Assembly: GCA_030390025.1 (NCBI GenBank)
Contig: CM059432.1
Location: 70,186,001 to 70,250,000 of the forward strand
Reading direction: 5' to 3'
DNA from: Squalus acanthias
Taxonomy: Eukaryota
DNA length: 64,000 bases
Shown here: one piece after another, positions 1-12,442 of the stretch
How positions within the stretch are numbered: the first letter of the stretch is position 1
Layout of the letters: each line of letters starts with the position of its first letter
Notes under the pieces: model-generated
Told to the model about the DNA's origin: nothing
Database searches by the model: none
Seen by the model: only the letters and a program-made list of their open reading frames with translations
Made by a program: the position numbers and the translations under genes

Positions 1-580
1 AGTGTCTCACCTACTGACTCCCCAAAGTCTTTCCACCATCTACAAGGCACAAGTCAGGAGTGTGATAGAATACTCTCTGCTTGACTGGTTGAGTGCAGCT
101 CCAACAACACTCAAGAAGCTCGACACCATCCAGGACAAAGCAGCCCACTTGATTGGCACCCCATCCACCACCTTAAACATTCACTCCCTCCACCACCAGC
201 GTACCGTGGCTGCAGTGTGTACTATCTACAAGATGACCTGCAGCAACTCCCCAAGGCGTCTTCGACAGCACCTCCCAAACCCGTGACTTCTACCACCTAG
301 AAGGACAAGGGCAGCAGGTGCATGGGAACACCACCACCTGCAAGTTCCCCTCCAAGTCATACACCATCCTGACTTGGAAATATATCGCCATTCCTTCATC
401 ATCGCTGGGTCAAAATCCTGGAACTCCCTCCCTAACAGCACTGTGGGAGTACCTTCACCACACGAACTGCAGCGGTTCAAGAAGGCGGCTCACCACCACC
501 TTCTCAAGGGCAATTAAGGATGGGCAATAAATGCTGGCCTTGCCAGCGACGCCCAGATCCCAGGAACAAATTTTAAAAAA
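1..580 (+). mobile_element. 3' end of a CR1-group LINE (family 'A', tail GGGCAATAAATGCTGGCCTTGCCAGCGACGCCC)
   Basis: ORF2 C-terminal peptide LSTIYKAQVRSVIEYS...LDTIQDKAAHLIG. The same sequence and tail occur in copies at 14667-16385 and 38608-39876. Confidence 0.88.
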
Positions 581-1185
581 TCAATCTGGTACCAAATTAA
601 GGGGATGGAATTTGCACCATGGTAATGATGCAGTAATGGCGTATGCAATTATTAAATTGTGAATGTTCTGTGAAATTGTGGAGTAAGTGAGTTGTACCAT
701 TAGATACGTTGCACCATCATTTGCTGAGACATTTGTGCCATTCGTCCGATACCCTCACCTAAGCTGAGAAAATGTTCTTGTCGATCAGCCCACCATTACA
801 GTCAACAGCGATCACAAATTTACTGGGTTAACAGCCAGTTTTGTGCCGCAGCTGCTTAGATGAAAAAATAATGGCGTGGGTGACCTGGAATTGACATGAT
901 TTAGGTCGTGTCTATTTGTAACACTAGATTTCTGATTGGTCCCCTTGGAGGGCAAGACCAGATTTCTGATTGGTCGCCTTTGAGGACAAGACACACCCAA
1001 CAGTTTGTCTGGAATGTGTAATTTGATCCTGCCTGCTGGAGAGTAATCAAGATGTCTGCGATGTGTAATTTGATGCAGTCATTTTACAGGCAAGCACAAG
1101 AGCTCACAGTGCTAACACTACTGCTTTCAGAGGACAGACAGGGCTCACCCTCCCGGGTTAAGAGCACTCGCAGCGCTCGCCCTGC

Positions 1186-1600
1186 CGAGTTCAGATAGGA
1201 AGGGGTGAGGCCATGGAGGGATTTCAACATGAGGATGAGAATTTTAAAATCAAGGTGTTGGTGGACGATGAACCAATGTAGGTCAACGAGCACAGGGGTG
1301 ATGGGTGACTGGGACATGCTGCCAATGTTTGCTCTCAATTTTTTGGGGACCGCACGGCCCCTTTAACAGACTGCGTGGCCCATTCAAAATTCCACGCATG
1401 AGCGGTTTTTCCCTTTAAAAGCCGGTGGAGCCGGCTGCGTGGAAACGCCAGAGCGCTGCGCGGCCGTGTGGTCGCACAGCTTAAAGGGAACATTGCTTGC
1501 TGTGTGCTAGGATGTGTGCAGCAGAGTTTTAGATGAGCTCAAGTTCATTGAGGGTGAGAGATGGGAGGCTGGCCAGGAGAACATTGGAATAGTTGAGTCC
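1186..1600 (-). mobile_element. L2 LINE fragment, interrupted by a MITE
   Basis: Minus-strand peptide SPITPVLVDLHW...DFKILIL..KSLHGLTPSYL, typical of the L2 ORF2 C-terminus. Confidence 0.8.
1323..1495. mobile_element. hAT-like MITE (173 bp) inserted in L2
   Basis: Imperfect TIRs CAATGTTTGCTCTCAA / TTAAAGGGAACATTG. The 8-bp flanks CATGCTGC (1315-1322) and CTTGCTGT (1496-1503) both resemble the L2 site CTTGGTGC seen uninterrupted in other L2 copies, consistent with a decayed 8-bp TSD. Confidence 0.65.
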
Positions 1601-1899
1601 GGCAAATAACACATAAATGTAATGTCATGCGTGTTGGTAGGACCACCACAGAATGCGCTCTAATTTTTTTAAATTAATTTATTTATTGCCCATCCCTATT
1701 TGAAAGGCTTGCATTTATAGTGCCCTTGAGAGGGTGGTAGTGAGCTGCCTTCTTGAACCACTGTGGTCTAGGGGTGCGGGGAAAGGAGAGAGAACGTGGT
1801 GTAGGTGTAAAGGGGGTGGGGGTGGAAGAATGTGATTCAGGCCTAACAGAGGGCGGGAGAACGTGATCCATCTTCCCATTTGGATCAGGTTCTTGCTCT

Positions 1900-2830
1900 T
1901 ATTCCCCCTCTCCTTTAGGCCTGGGCCATGTTCTTCCCCCCCTCCCCACAGTCACACTGTGCTCCCCCTCCCCCCGTGAGTTCTTGACCTCCCCCAAGTT
2001 CCTAACCTTCTCCTCCCAAGTTCCTGACCTCCCCCCCACCGAGTTCCTGACCTTCTCCACCCCCCCCCCACCGAGTTCCTGACCTTCTCCACCCCCCCCC
2101 CGCCGAGTTCCTGACCTTCTCCACTCCCCCCCGCCGAATTCCTCCTCCCCCTGCAAGCTCCTCTCTCCCTCTCCCCAACCCCTTCGATCCCCTCTCCAGT
2201 CCCCCCTTCGATCCCCTCTCCTCTCCCCCCTCCCACCCCGATTCGATTCCCTCTCAGTGTCAGCTGTGGCTCAGTGGGTAGCATCATCACTTCTGAGTCA
2301 GAAGGTTGTGGGTTCTAATCCTACTCCAGGGACTTGAGCACAAAAATCTAGGTTGACACTCCAGTGCAGTGCTGAGGGAGTGCTGTACTGTCAGATGAGA
2401 TGTTGAACCGAGGCCCCATCTGCTCTCTCAGGAGGATGTAAAAGATCCCATGGCACTATTTCGAAGAAGAGCAAGGGAGTTGTCCCCAGTGTCCTGGCCA
2501 ATATTTATCCCCAATCAACATCACTAAAAAAAATTATCTTATCATTATCACATCGCTGTTTGTGGGAGCTTGCTGTGTGAAAATTGGCTGTCACGTTTCC
2601 TACATTACAACAGTGACTCCACTTCAAAAAAGTACTTCATTGGCTGTAAAGTGCTTTGAGATGTCTGGTGGTCGTGAAAGGTGCTATATAAATGCAAGTC
2701 TTCTCTTTTCTCTCCTCCCCCCCTTCGATCCCTTCTCCTCTCCCCCCTTCGATCCCCTCTCCTCTCCCCCCTTCGATCCCTTCTCCTCTCCCCACTTCGA
2801 TCTCCTCTCCTCTCCCTCCACCCCTATCCA
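1900..2830. repeat. C/T-rich minisatellites (GAGTTCCTGACCTTCTCCACCCCCCCC-type and 24-bp TTCGATCCCCTCTCCTCTCCCCCC units), split by a SINE
   Basis: Tandem units visible at ~1975-2150, ~2180-2250 and ~2720-2820. Confidence 0.8.
2257..2710 (+). mobile_element. DeuSINE-superfamily SINE (SacSINE1/AmnSINE1-like), tRNA head with L2-type tail
   Basis: Head with A-box-like TGGCTCAGTGG and B-box-like GGTTCTAATCC; Deu core GATCCCATGGCACTATTTCGAAGAAGAGCA...GTCCTGGCCAATATTTATCCC; tail AGGTGCTATATAAATGCAAGT similar to the L2 3' ends in this window. Confidence 0.85.
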
Positions 2831-3199
2831 ATCCCCTGACCTTCTCTGCATGGAGCCAAGGAAAGCGTACCAGTGCAGGCCGCAGCCACCGCACCGTTTG
2901 GTACTGCGCATGCGCAACCGGATCGAGTGTGCATGTGAAGTACCAAATGGGGGCGCATGCGCAGAGGGACCGAATCACCGTGAAAATAATCAGAGTGCAT
3001 GATTTATGGCCATCACCTGACTCTCAGCTTCGGAGGCCAACAAAGGGACCATTAAAGTTGTGAAGCCTCACTCCTGCAGTCTGGAAATTGTTGTGAGATT
3101 TTGTTTTCTAATTCTCTCAGTTTTGCCAGTTTTGCCACCTGGAGTCCTGTTAGCGTCTGAATGCATTTAATATCAGGACTCTGCCCCTCTTCCCACACA

Positions 3200-3660
3200 T
3201 TAATAAGGTGAAAGCATAACAATGGCCTTTCCACTGGGCATTCCCTTGTTCCTGATTATCATGGATGACCTGGAGCAGAGGGAGGAGGCACGGCACTTCA
3301 GGCACCATGGCAAGAGACTGAACCGATCTCACAGCAAACCCCGCCCACCCCCACAAGGAGAGTGTACAAGCAGCGAATGTCATGCGAGGCACTATCAGGG
3401 GTGCTGTGTGTGCGCTCCCTGCACCTCACCTAGCAACCAATTGGCCACCTCTGCGAAATACTCCATGAAGACATGAAGCCATGGTTTACCTCTCACAGGG
3501 CCTTGTTAGTGGGAATGAAGGTGACACTGGCCCTCAATTTCTACAGCTCTGGTTCCTTCCAGTCAGGCACTGGAGACCTCTGTAACATCAACCAAGGAGC
3601 TGTGAGGTCCTGCGCTCAACAAGTGACAGATGCCAGGGTACAGGAGGTGAGCCATTCGCC
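3200..3660 (+). pseudogene. Degenerate PIF/Harbinger (HARBI1-like) transposase fragment
   Basis: Peptide MKVTLALNFYSSGSFQSGTGDLCNINQGAVRSCAQQVTDA matches [40 protein letters not shown] of the 61165-62427 transposase. Confidence 0.8.
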
Positions 3661-4740
3661 ACAGAGTATCTAGCTCTGCCTTGCTCTTGCAGCCATGCTG
3701 TTGACTGGTCCAATTAAGCTTTAGGCCAATCGTGACCTCCACGATGTTTATTGCCATCGGTGGTTCCATTGATGGTTAATGTTAGATGGAAAGTACCTTA
3801 GAGCATTACCCAGGTCTTGATGTAGGCTAGCATGGGTTGTTTTATTATTCGGGAAGTTGTAAATAGAGCTAAACACTGTAGAATCATCAGTAGACCACTG
3901 CACACCACTGCTGACCTTTTGATGGAGAGAAGGTCATTGATGAAGCAATTAGTGATGGTTGGGCTGAGGAGATCCTGCAACAATGTCCTGGGGCTGTGAC
4001 ATTTGGGCACCAACAACCATAACCATCTTCCTATGTGTCAGATACGACTCCATCTACTGGAGGATTTTCCTCTTGGCTGTCATTGACCTCAGTGTTGTTA
4101 GTTAGTTAAATGCTATATTTAGTTACTTTCACCTCTCCTCTGCCACTCATTTCATGTGCTCATGCCTGGATCAAGGCTATGAAGTCGCCTGGAGCTGATT
4201 GGCTATAGTGGAATCCAAACTGAGAATCAGCTAGCAGGTTATTGGTGAGTAGATGTAAAAAAAAAGTCACACTTTACTAACGATTGGGAGGCGTCTAATA
4301 GGGCAAGGTTGGATTTGTTCTTTTTGTGAATTGGGCATATTGTTGGGTAGACGCCAGTGTCATAGCTGCACTGTAGCTTGGCTAGAGGGCCAGCTAGTTC
4401 TGCTGCATAGGTCTTCAGCACTACAGCTGGGATATTTTCAGGATCCACAGCCTTTGGTGCGTCCAATGCATTCTGCAGTTATTTAATGTCATGTGGCGTA
4501 AACTGAATTGACTGGACACTGGCACCAATGCTGGTGGGATATTAGAAGGAGATCGAGTGGGATTGCCCACTTGGCACTTTTGGCTGAGAATGCTTGAAAG
4601 TACTTCAGCGTTGTCTCATGCACTCACGTGCTGGGCTCCACTATAGTTGAGGATGGGGATGTTCATGAAGCCACCATGAATTTGTCACCACCATTTTCGA
4701 CCAGATGTGGTCAGCATGTGGAGCTTTGAACTGTACTGCA
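3660..4740 (-). mobile_element. Degenerate CR1-group LINE (family 'A') fragment
   Basis: Peptides KAVDPENIPAVVLKTYAAELAGPLAKL and CFINDLLS, homologous to the 14667-16385 copy. Confidence 0.75.
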
Positions 4741-5889
4741 GTACAAGTCAGAAGACAAAGAAAGAAAATGGGAAAAAGTTTTAAAGCAATACTCTATCTG
4801 TAGTAAAATCAATAAATTAAAAGAATTAAGCAAAATACTTCGACATTAATGACCCCAGCTACAGGACTGTAAGACATTATTAATTTCATGGACCGATATT
4901 TCACAGGATTACTATTTATTTCCAAATGATCCCAACCTTTAGTCAAATATCAACAAATGTTCTATTTGTAGAATGCTAATTTGCACTCTTAACACCCAAG
5001 TACTGTAATAGTGGGCAACAGAACAAGAAAGTAAAATTCTGCTGCACTCGGATTTATCGCAGCAGCATTGGGTTCCCCTGTGCAATATTCATGTCCATTC
5101 TTGGAGCCTGCATCTTTTTTCATTGTATTGAATGTAATTTGAATGAGAGTTTATTCTAAAAAATTATCATCAGTTTTAAAAGGTGTATTTATTTGTTGAT
5201 CGTGGTTGCGCACCGAAATCTTTCATTTTCCAATAATTGAGCATTAAAAAGATGTATGCATTTAAATCAATTTATCTCAAAATAATGTATAAATTCTTCA
5301 GGAAATGGACGGTATCATCACAAGAGACAGACGAGGGAGTCCACTTGACCCATCTTAATTCACCTTCAAAGCAATTCATTCATGAACTCCTGGATATTGG
5401 TGAACTTTACAACAATTTTGAAAGAATTTTGGAGGAGGGCTATGATACTTTTTTAAATGATAAATATTGACCCAGATTTTGCTGGAGTGGGCCATCTGGT
5501 GGCGTGCCCTGTTAGTTAGACTTGTTCGTGCACATTTAGGTTTTAAAAATTTTTGTCCACAAAGTTGCTGGAAGTGCTAGTTGATACCAGTGCGGTGAGG
5601 GCAACAAAGCATTTGGGACCTTGGTGAACAACAGGACAGTGTATCTTCTTAACCAATGATATTTAAGGATTGAGAAATAAACAGACTGAGAAAGGAGGGT
5701 GAATTAGAGTAGGTAAGTTCAATGGGCCTGGATTTTGCTGTAGAAATAATGGTGAGGCTAACAGCGCTCACCGTTATCTACGTGAAAATCAGAGAGCAAT
5801 GTCTGGTCACCACACATGCACAGTTAAACGTGAAAATCCGGAAGTTGCTATCCGAGATACCACCTTCCTCCAAAAGCTGCTCAAAAACA

Positions 5890-6514
5890 TTATTGCAAGG
5901 GGGTTGGAGTATAAGAGTAAGAAAGTCTTGCTGCAATTATATAGAGCTTTGGTGAGCCCACACCTGGAGTACTGTGTAGAGTTTTGGTCTCCTTACCTAA
6001 GGAAGGATATTCTTGCCTTAGAGGGGGTGCAACAAAGGTTCATTAGACTGATTCCTTGGATGAGAAGGCTGTCCTATGAGGAGAGATTGAGTAGAATGGG
6101 CCTATATTCTCTGGAGATTAGAAGAATGAGAGGTGATCTCATTGAAATGTATAAAATTCTTAGAGGGCTTGACAGGGTAGATGCTGAGAGGCTGTTTCCC
6201 CTGGCTGGAGAGTCTAGAACTAGGGGGCATAGTCTCAGGATAAGGGGTCAGTCATTTAGGACTGATGAAAAATGTCTTCATTCAGAGTGTTGTAAATCTT
6301 TGGAATTCTCTACCTCAGAGGGCTGTGGATGCTCAGTCAATGAGTATATTCAAGACTGAGATCGATAGATTTTTGGGCACTAAGAGAATCCAGGGATATG
6401 GGTATAGGGCGGGAAAGTTGAATTGATGTAGAAGTTCAGCCATGATCTTATTGAACGGCAGAGCAGGCTTGATGGGCCATATGGCCTACTCCTGCTCCTA
6501 TTTCTTATGTTCTT
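5890..6514 (+). mobile_element. CR1 LINE 3' fragment
   Basis: Peptide GLEYKSKKVLLQLYRALVSPHLEYCVEFWSPYLRKDILALEGVQQRF; CR1 tail TGGCCTACTCCTGCTCCTATTTCTTATGTTCTT. Confidence 0.92.
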
Positions 6515-6914
6515 AAAATAGCATCTCGTCGTCTGGCTCCCCATAATGGCGTGAAGTTGCTGTACTTAACCCATAGACATGAACTAAATTCTCCAGAAAA
6601 AGTTAGGGCTTGTCCATTCCAGTGTAAGTACCCTTTTAATGGTGTTGTAAGTCTTAATTACTGACAAATAACCTCTCTGGCACTGAAAATTTACTTTTAC
6701 AAGTGTAGATTCTCATTCCTTCAGATGTTAATTATTGTTTTTTATTTACTATTCTTTCTGTCTCTTTTATCTCTCTTAAACCAATCTTTCTTTCCCTCTC
6801 ATTTTGCTTTCTGTACGTGGTGTGACATTTAATTCAATATTTTAACTGACACTTCCTGGTTCAGACTGTGCGCTGCTCATTAACGATTCTTCAATCTGAT
6901 TGGTTAAGGAGATA

Positions 6915-7336
6915 CATAGAAACATAGAAACATAGAAGATAGGAGCAGGAGTAGGCCATTCAGGCCCCTCGAGCCTGTTCCGCCATTCAATGAGATCATG
7001 GCTGAAAATCCAAATTCAGTACCCTGTCCCTGCTTTCTCCCCATATCCCTTGATCCATTTAGCCTTAAGAAATATATCTAACTCCTTCTTGAATATATTT
7101 AATGAATTGGCCTCAACTGCCTTGTGTGGTAGAGAATTCCACAGGTTCACCACTCTCTGGGTGAAGAAATTCCTCCTCATCTCAGTCCTAAATGGCTTAC
7201 CCCTTATCCTTAGACTGTGACCCCTGGTTCTGGACACCCCCGCCATCGGGAACATCCTTCCTGCATCTAGTCTGTCTAGTCCTGTTAGAATTTTATAAGT
7301 TTCAATGAGATCTCCTCTCATTCTTCTAAACTCTAG
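6915..7336 (-). mobile_element. CR1 LINE 3' fragment
   Basis: Peptide LEFRRMRGDLIETYKIL...FFTQRVVNLWNSLP; tail repeat (CATAGAAA)n at ~6916-6938. Confidence 0.92.
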
Positions 7337-10300
7337 CATAGATGCACAGATGCTTGCCCTGGTCACACATGTCCCAGAAGCTCTGTGGAGGGCACTGCGC
7401 GTTTTGGCTCTCTAATTTATAGTAAATTCCAGTGCAAAATCCCATAGAAAGTCTATGGGCAAATGCAATTGTAACGAATGTTTAATGCCGTTCATTCACT
7501 TTCCGCTGATATCACAATCCGGCCCATTGTCAAATCAGATACAGAAAGAGAAATAAAGAGAGGGAAAGAAATATTGGATTAAAAAAAAGAGACAGAGAGG
7601 AAAAGTAAGACATAAAAAAATGATATTTTTGAAAGCTCAAAACAATTCACAACCTGAAGGAATGAGACTCCACACTTAAGTGCTCACTTTCTGGGCAAGA
7701 GGTTGATTGGCAGTCAGTAACAATTATCATGTCATTAAAGTGTACTTACGATGTTAATTACTAGACTTAACTTTCTGTGGCAAGTTTAATGGGCAATTAA
7801 CGCACAAATTGGCCAGTAACAGGGTATCTCTTCCTCGCTACAAGTTGCTGGCCAATTTGAACATTAATAACAGTGATTTTTTTCAGCAAAATGTGGCCCA
7901 TTGTTTCTCAAGTGACTGGCATTAGCAAGTAGTCTCCTGAAAGTCTGTCCTTCTGCCACGCAGTGAATTGCAGGCAACTAATGCAACATATAATGCATAT
8001 TCTGCAGATTTTTTATTATACTGTTTGCACCAAATCCTGAGGGACAAACTGACCCTGAACATTTGAGTTAATGAACACACATTGCGGAGAGCAAATGAGC
8101 TGTTACAGATTCTCCACGAAATGTTGTGAAACAAACATCGAAGTTCAGTTGTTCTGCAATTTTCTATCATTTCCTGGTGGGAGTGATGGGAATCTTTGTA
8201 AGGGTTCCTACATATATTTGGTGCCTAACATTTGAGGCTTTAAGATTTTGGAATTAGTGTAAAAACAAAAATGTGGACAGGAAAATAATGGTCTGGATCC
8301 TCTTTCACAATCCCACCCAAACTGGTTAGGAATGAGGCAAAATCTGGTGGTAAGGCCTGCTGCTGCCTAACCACAATTTCCTTCTTCCTTTGTCCCCGAC
8401 TGGGACTGCCACTGGTCATCCCATGCAAAATTTGGCAGTGGTATGGGGCCTGGGTCCATGGCCCATTTCCCAGGACTATCGTATGAAAGGTGGCAATAGG
8501 CTCGGGATAGTGGCCCTGAGGTCAGGGAATGGTGGTAGAGAACTACAAGGCTAAGGCTTTGTTTATCATCATGGCTCTTCTGCCTCTTTAACTAGTCTGT
8601 CACCTCTTTTGGTGCTGGAGTATTGGACCCATTGCAGCACCACTGGGATTTTGCAGCCAGGCACTGGCAGCCTCCCTCTTAGCATTGGGAATCTCACCGT
8701 GTGCCTGTAATGCATATCCAATAACCCAGGGCAATGGTGTGGCGTCGGAGTAGCGGTTGGCTATCCAGCCCACTGCTACTCTGCCCCAAAGAGAAGAAAC
8801 CCACCCAATATCTCCAGCTGTAGAGTAAGAAATTTACCATTACGTTGTTCAAATTTCTATTAATTAATCAGCTGTCCTGTAATATAATGGAGCGTGCTTT
8901 TCTACCTCTTGTCAATTAACCTCTTTTTACCAAAGATGAGAGATGTCTCATGAGTACTAATTGTGAAATGAGAGTTCAGCATTGTCCACTGTATTTACAG
9001 GCTACCTAGGGGAAGGACTGCCAGTTGTCTTTTCATAGAGCTCAGCTGGGTAGAGAGAAAGTCTTGTCTTCCCACATATGAAGAATTATGCACCACTTAC
9101 TACTTCTGATGTGGTTTCATCCTTCATGGGTAGAGAATGGACCTAGCGGTTCGTGGTTGAGGAGGAGCTGCATAAACTGCATCAGGTAGATTTTTTCATT
9201 GGAAGTGAAAGAAGCTGATGGCTACAAAAGTAATAAGTGAGTAGGCTCAATCCCTAGATAGGCTCCAGCATAATGAAAATATGCCATATGTGTAATGTGG
9301 TGGTTCTAGAACGGAGGAATTGGAATGGTGAAAGGTATCTGTAAAATCCCATGGTACAAAAATAAATCCCTGCCAAATGATCCAATGCTCTGATGCCTCT
9401 GACCAGAGAAAGTGAAATGTTCCCACTATCCAGGCTTCCTTTCCCTTTCTGCCCACATTAGCTGCCTCTCACTCCCCATTATCTGCTGGCTAGGAAGAAT
9501 GAAGCTGACACAGGTGGAACTTACCAAACCTCCCTTTGTACCTCAAAAAGCTCTCCACTTCCACTGTAGGTGTGGCAGGCATGATCTGGAAGCAGTTCCT
9601 GAGCTATCCCAGATAGTTGCAGACATCAATCACCCAATTGTTTTAAACTTTAAATTGCCAATGGTCACATTGTTCTGGACAGGTTATACGGGGTGATTCC
9701 ACGCTTCTAGCGGGGTGCAGCTTTTATAAGGAATGTGTGTCAGAGAGAAGGCCAGAGCATTGTAGCCCTAATTCCTTAACCCACCCTCCCTATGAGTGCA
9801 ACTTTTCTCTGGCAGTGTGGGAATGCAGAATCACCCTATAGAGTTAAACGTGCACAATGACAGTATGACTTCATAGTTACTGAATCCTTAGGGTATTGGT
9901 GCTTTTCATTCCTTTATGCTAAAGGAGTTGGGGAAAGACATCTGCCACATAGTGAACTTCCACCATAAGCAGCTTTTTCAATCTTTAACCTTTAAGGAGT
10001 AATTTTTTGATGAGCAATCTTGTCCCTTGGAGCACATATTGGAAATTTAGGCATGAGCCTAATAATTGAAAAATCATGTGCTATGCTCCCCTCGTTTTCT
10101 CGAATTTCTCGTTAGGTAAGGCTCCTGATTGGCAGCACAAAATTGGAAAATTACCCCTTTAAGTAATTCTAACTAAATGTTTATCTTCTGGCTCAAAATT
10201 AGGTTTGATAATAAATAGGAAATGTACTATGTAGTATGTAATGATTAGGACACAGAGCTGTAGCCTTGGGGTATTGAGTGGCAAGCATACCAGTGTTTGA

Positions 10301-10699
10301 CGCAATGTGTTAGAGTCCAGTCATTGTTATCACAGAAACAGCAGGTATGGATTGTGATTCTGAGGGAAGGTAATCTAATGTAGTTACCACTTTTTGACAG
10401 AATACAAGTTCCAGTAATAAATGGATTATTGGATCAGACAACATCTTCAGCTGCAAAAATGCAGTGCTGGAGTCAGTAAATTTAAGCATCTTTTCCTGAA
10501 ACACTGCAAGAGAAACATTGACTGGTCAGAAACTTGAATGTCATTGTTTTAGATATTGAAGTGCAGTCAATCGGTTTGTGAGTTGTTGTGAAACAAATGC
10601 TGCAATGACATTTTTGAGTTCCTTTGAAAATCTTGTACAGGATTAAAGAAATCTACTTGCTGAAGCATCAAACCATTATTTATTTTCTTAATCCAACTT

Positions 10700-11075
10700 T
10701 CTTCCCTGTTGTCTCCTCATCCCCTGACTCATGCCGAGGAGGATGTAATCATAGAGGCTGGCAGTAGTCTGGTACATTTCAAAAGCAGCCATTCTTTATG
10801 TATAAGGCTAGAAATGAAATGCTGGCAAGTATTCAACTGTGCAAGGCACCATAGCGCAATCCGACTGTGTCCACACCCAACAGGGGTCACTGGATAGCAA
10901 TCAGGAGCAAGAACTCAGGCTGATTTTTCCCCTGCTTAACCCAGAGTGCAAAGACCAACGGAAGCACCCCTGTTTGCCACCCTGGCAAAGAGCAGCCAGC
11001 TCAGTACAGTGTGAGAATCAAACACGGCATCTTTCTAACCTACAAGCTCAATAGCTTAGTATATTTACCCACTGA
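10700..11075 (-). mobile_element. Old tRNA-derived SINE (tentatively AmnSINE2-like); related copies at ~14415-14660 (-), ~24990-25250 (-) and ~32320-32470 (+)
   Basis: The copies share motifs (minus strand here: AAAAATCAGCC...CTCCTGATTGCTATCCAGTGACCCCTG). The 32320 copy shows a B-box-like GGTTCAATCCC. The family name is from memory only. Confidence 0.55.
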
Positions 11076-11369
11076 ACAAGTGGGGGTGGGGGGGGGAGGG
11101 TGCAGGGAGGTGGTGGTGAGTTGTCCAAACGATTATTTGTAACAAAACTTGAATTGTTTTATGTATAACTTGATCATAGTGAACCTGGGTACAATTAAAC
11201 TCTATTTATAGTGGGGAAAAATGTTTAAATTAATGTCTGGTGTGTGAAATCACACTTCTCCTAATGTAAAAACGTAAGTACTAAGCTTCCATAGTTTAGC
11301 CACAAGGAGCAACAAACTATGAATCACAGCATCTGGTTAATCTCTGGTTGCACAGAGTGATGCCTTGCA

Positions 11370-12442
11370 CTATCATCCTTTTTGTCATTTAATCTCTTTT
11401 GCCTTCCACCCTATCACAGACCTTCCCTTTTGTTCTTTCCTCCCCTCTCCCTGCCGCTGCACTTGCCTAAAACCTGTTATATCTCTAACATTTTTCCAGT
11501 TTTGACGAAAGTGCATCAACCTGAAACATTGGGCTGGATTTTGTCAATGGGAAGCTTTTGGAGGCGGGACTGTTGCTTGCCGGCTTTCAATCCTGCCTCC
11601 ATCAGCTTCTGGCCAACCAGCGGGATTTTCCCCTGATTGACCTTGTTAAGCCCGCCCAGCGGGCTCAGCAGGCCAATTCGGGGGAAGTCACTGACAGAGC
11701 ACGTCAACGTCTGACGTGCCATCTGTCAAGATTTCTTGAAAGAAGAAATGTCAGCATTTGACAGCTCTGTGAAGCTGTCACACACTGACTTTCTGTGTAG
11801 TTTGATGAGTCCTTGTGTTCAGGACTCATCAAACCTTTCAACTTTGCAGAAATCACCTGGCTGTTGGTTTGGAGGATCTAACAGCCAGTCTGTGAAATCT
11901 ACAATGAAGATGTCGGGACTCCGGATCCACAGCGGCAGAAGGCTGTAGGCAGAAACAAAGGTAAGTGAACATTTTATAACACTTAACACTCACCTTACAT
12001 ACTTACCACTCCACACTTGCATCCATCACTCACCTCTACATCTCACTTTCAGACCCCTCCGACCCCCGCAGACTTCCTTCTCGTCTCCTACACCCTAGCG
12101 GGGTTCTCCGAGGTCGGGAAGCCTGCACTTCGGAGCTAAAAATAGGGCTAATCCTATTTTCGGCCTGTTAACTACCTGTTAACAGGCAGTTAATAGGCTT
12201 TAATCCGTTTCCCGCCTCGAGGAGACGGGACCCGGGGCAGGACGGCTTCCCGCCTCCTGGCAAGAGGGCACGGAGGTGGGATGGGGCGGGTTTGCCAGCC
12301 GCCCCCAAATCCTGCAACTTTACTGGCAGTCCCGCCTCTATACCCGCCTCCTCGGGGCTGAGAAAATCCAGCCCATTAACTCTGTTTCATCCCACAGATG
12401 CTGCCTGACCTGCTGAGTATTTCCAGCATTTTCTGTTTTTAT
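11370..12442 (+). mobile_element. Penelope-type terminal segment with a decayed hammerhead motif, split by a Harbinger-type MITE
   Basis: With 11531-12374 removed: AGTT-TTGACGA-AAGT..ACCT-GAAA-CA-TT-AACT followed by CACAGATGCTGCCTGACCTGCTGAGTATTTCCAGCATTTTCTG. A homologous minus-strand copy lies at ~43970-44072. Confidence 0.6.
11531..12374. mobile_element. Non-autonomous Harbinger-type element (844 bp)
   Basis: Perfect 12-bp TIRs GGGCTGGATTTT / AAAATCCAGCCC, 3-bp TSD ATT (11528-11530 and 12375-12377), subterminal GGAGGCGGG/CCCGCCTCC motifs. Confidence 0.88.

Larger units (their letters stand above)
5724..7525. mobile_element. Related Harbinger-type element nested in inverted orientation inside 5469-7899
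   Basis: TIRs GGGCCTGGATTTTG / CACAATCCGGCCC, with AAT/ATT flanks. Internal 6740-6915 is the reverse complement of outer-element sequence at ~5640-5720 and ~7530-7610. Confidence 0.6.
5469..7899. mobile_element. Non-autonomous Harbinger-type element (outer element of a nest)
   Basis: TIRs GACCCAGATTTTGCTG / CAGCAAAATGTGGCCC, flanked by a 3-bp ATT duplication (5466-5468 and 7900-7902). Confidence 0.65.

Noticed and set aside
2257..2330. tRNA gene
   Set aside because: It is the tRNA-derived head of a SINE, continuing into the Deu core and LINE-type tail.
5237..5470. Protein-like 77-aa ORF with a possible acceptor at ~5300
   Set aside because: No recognisable homology, no convincing donor, and the stop coincides with a transposon junction; it cannot be supported without RNA data.
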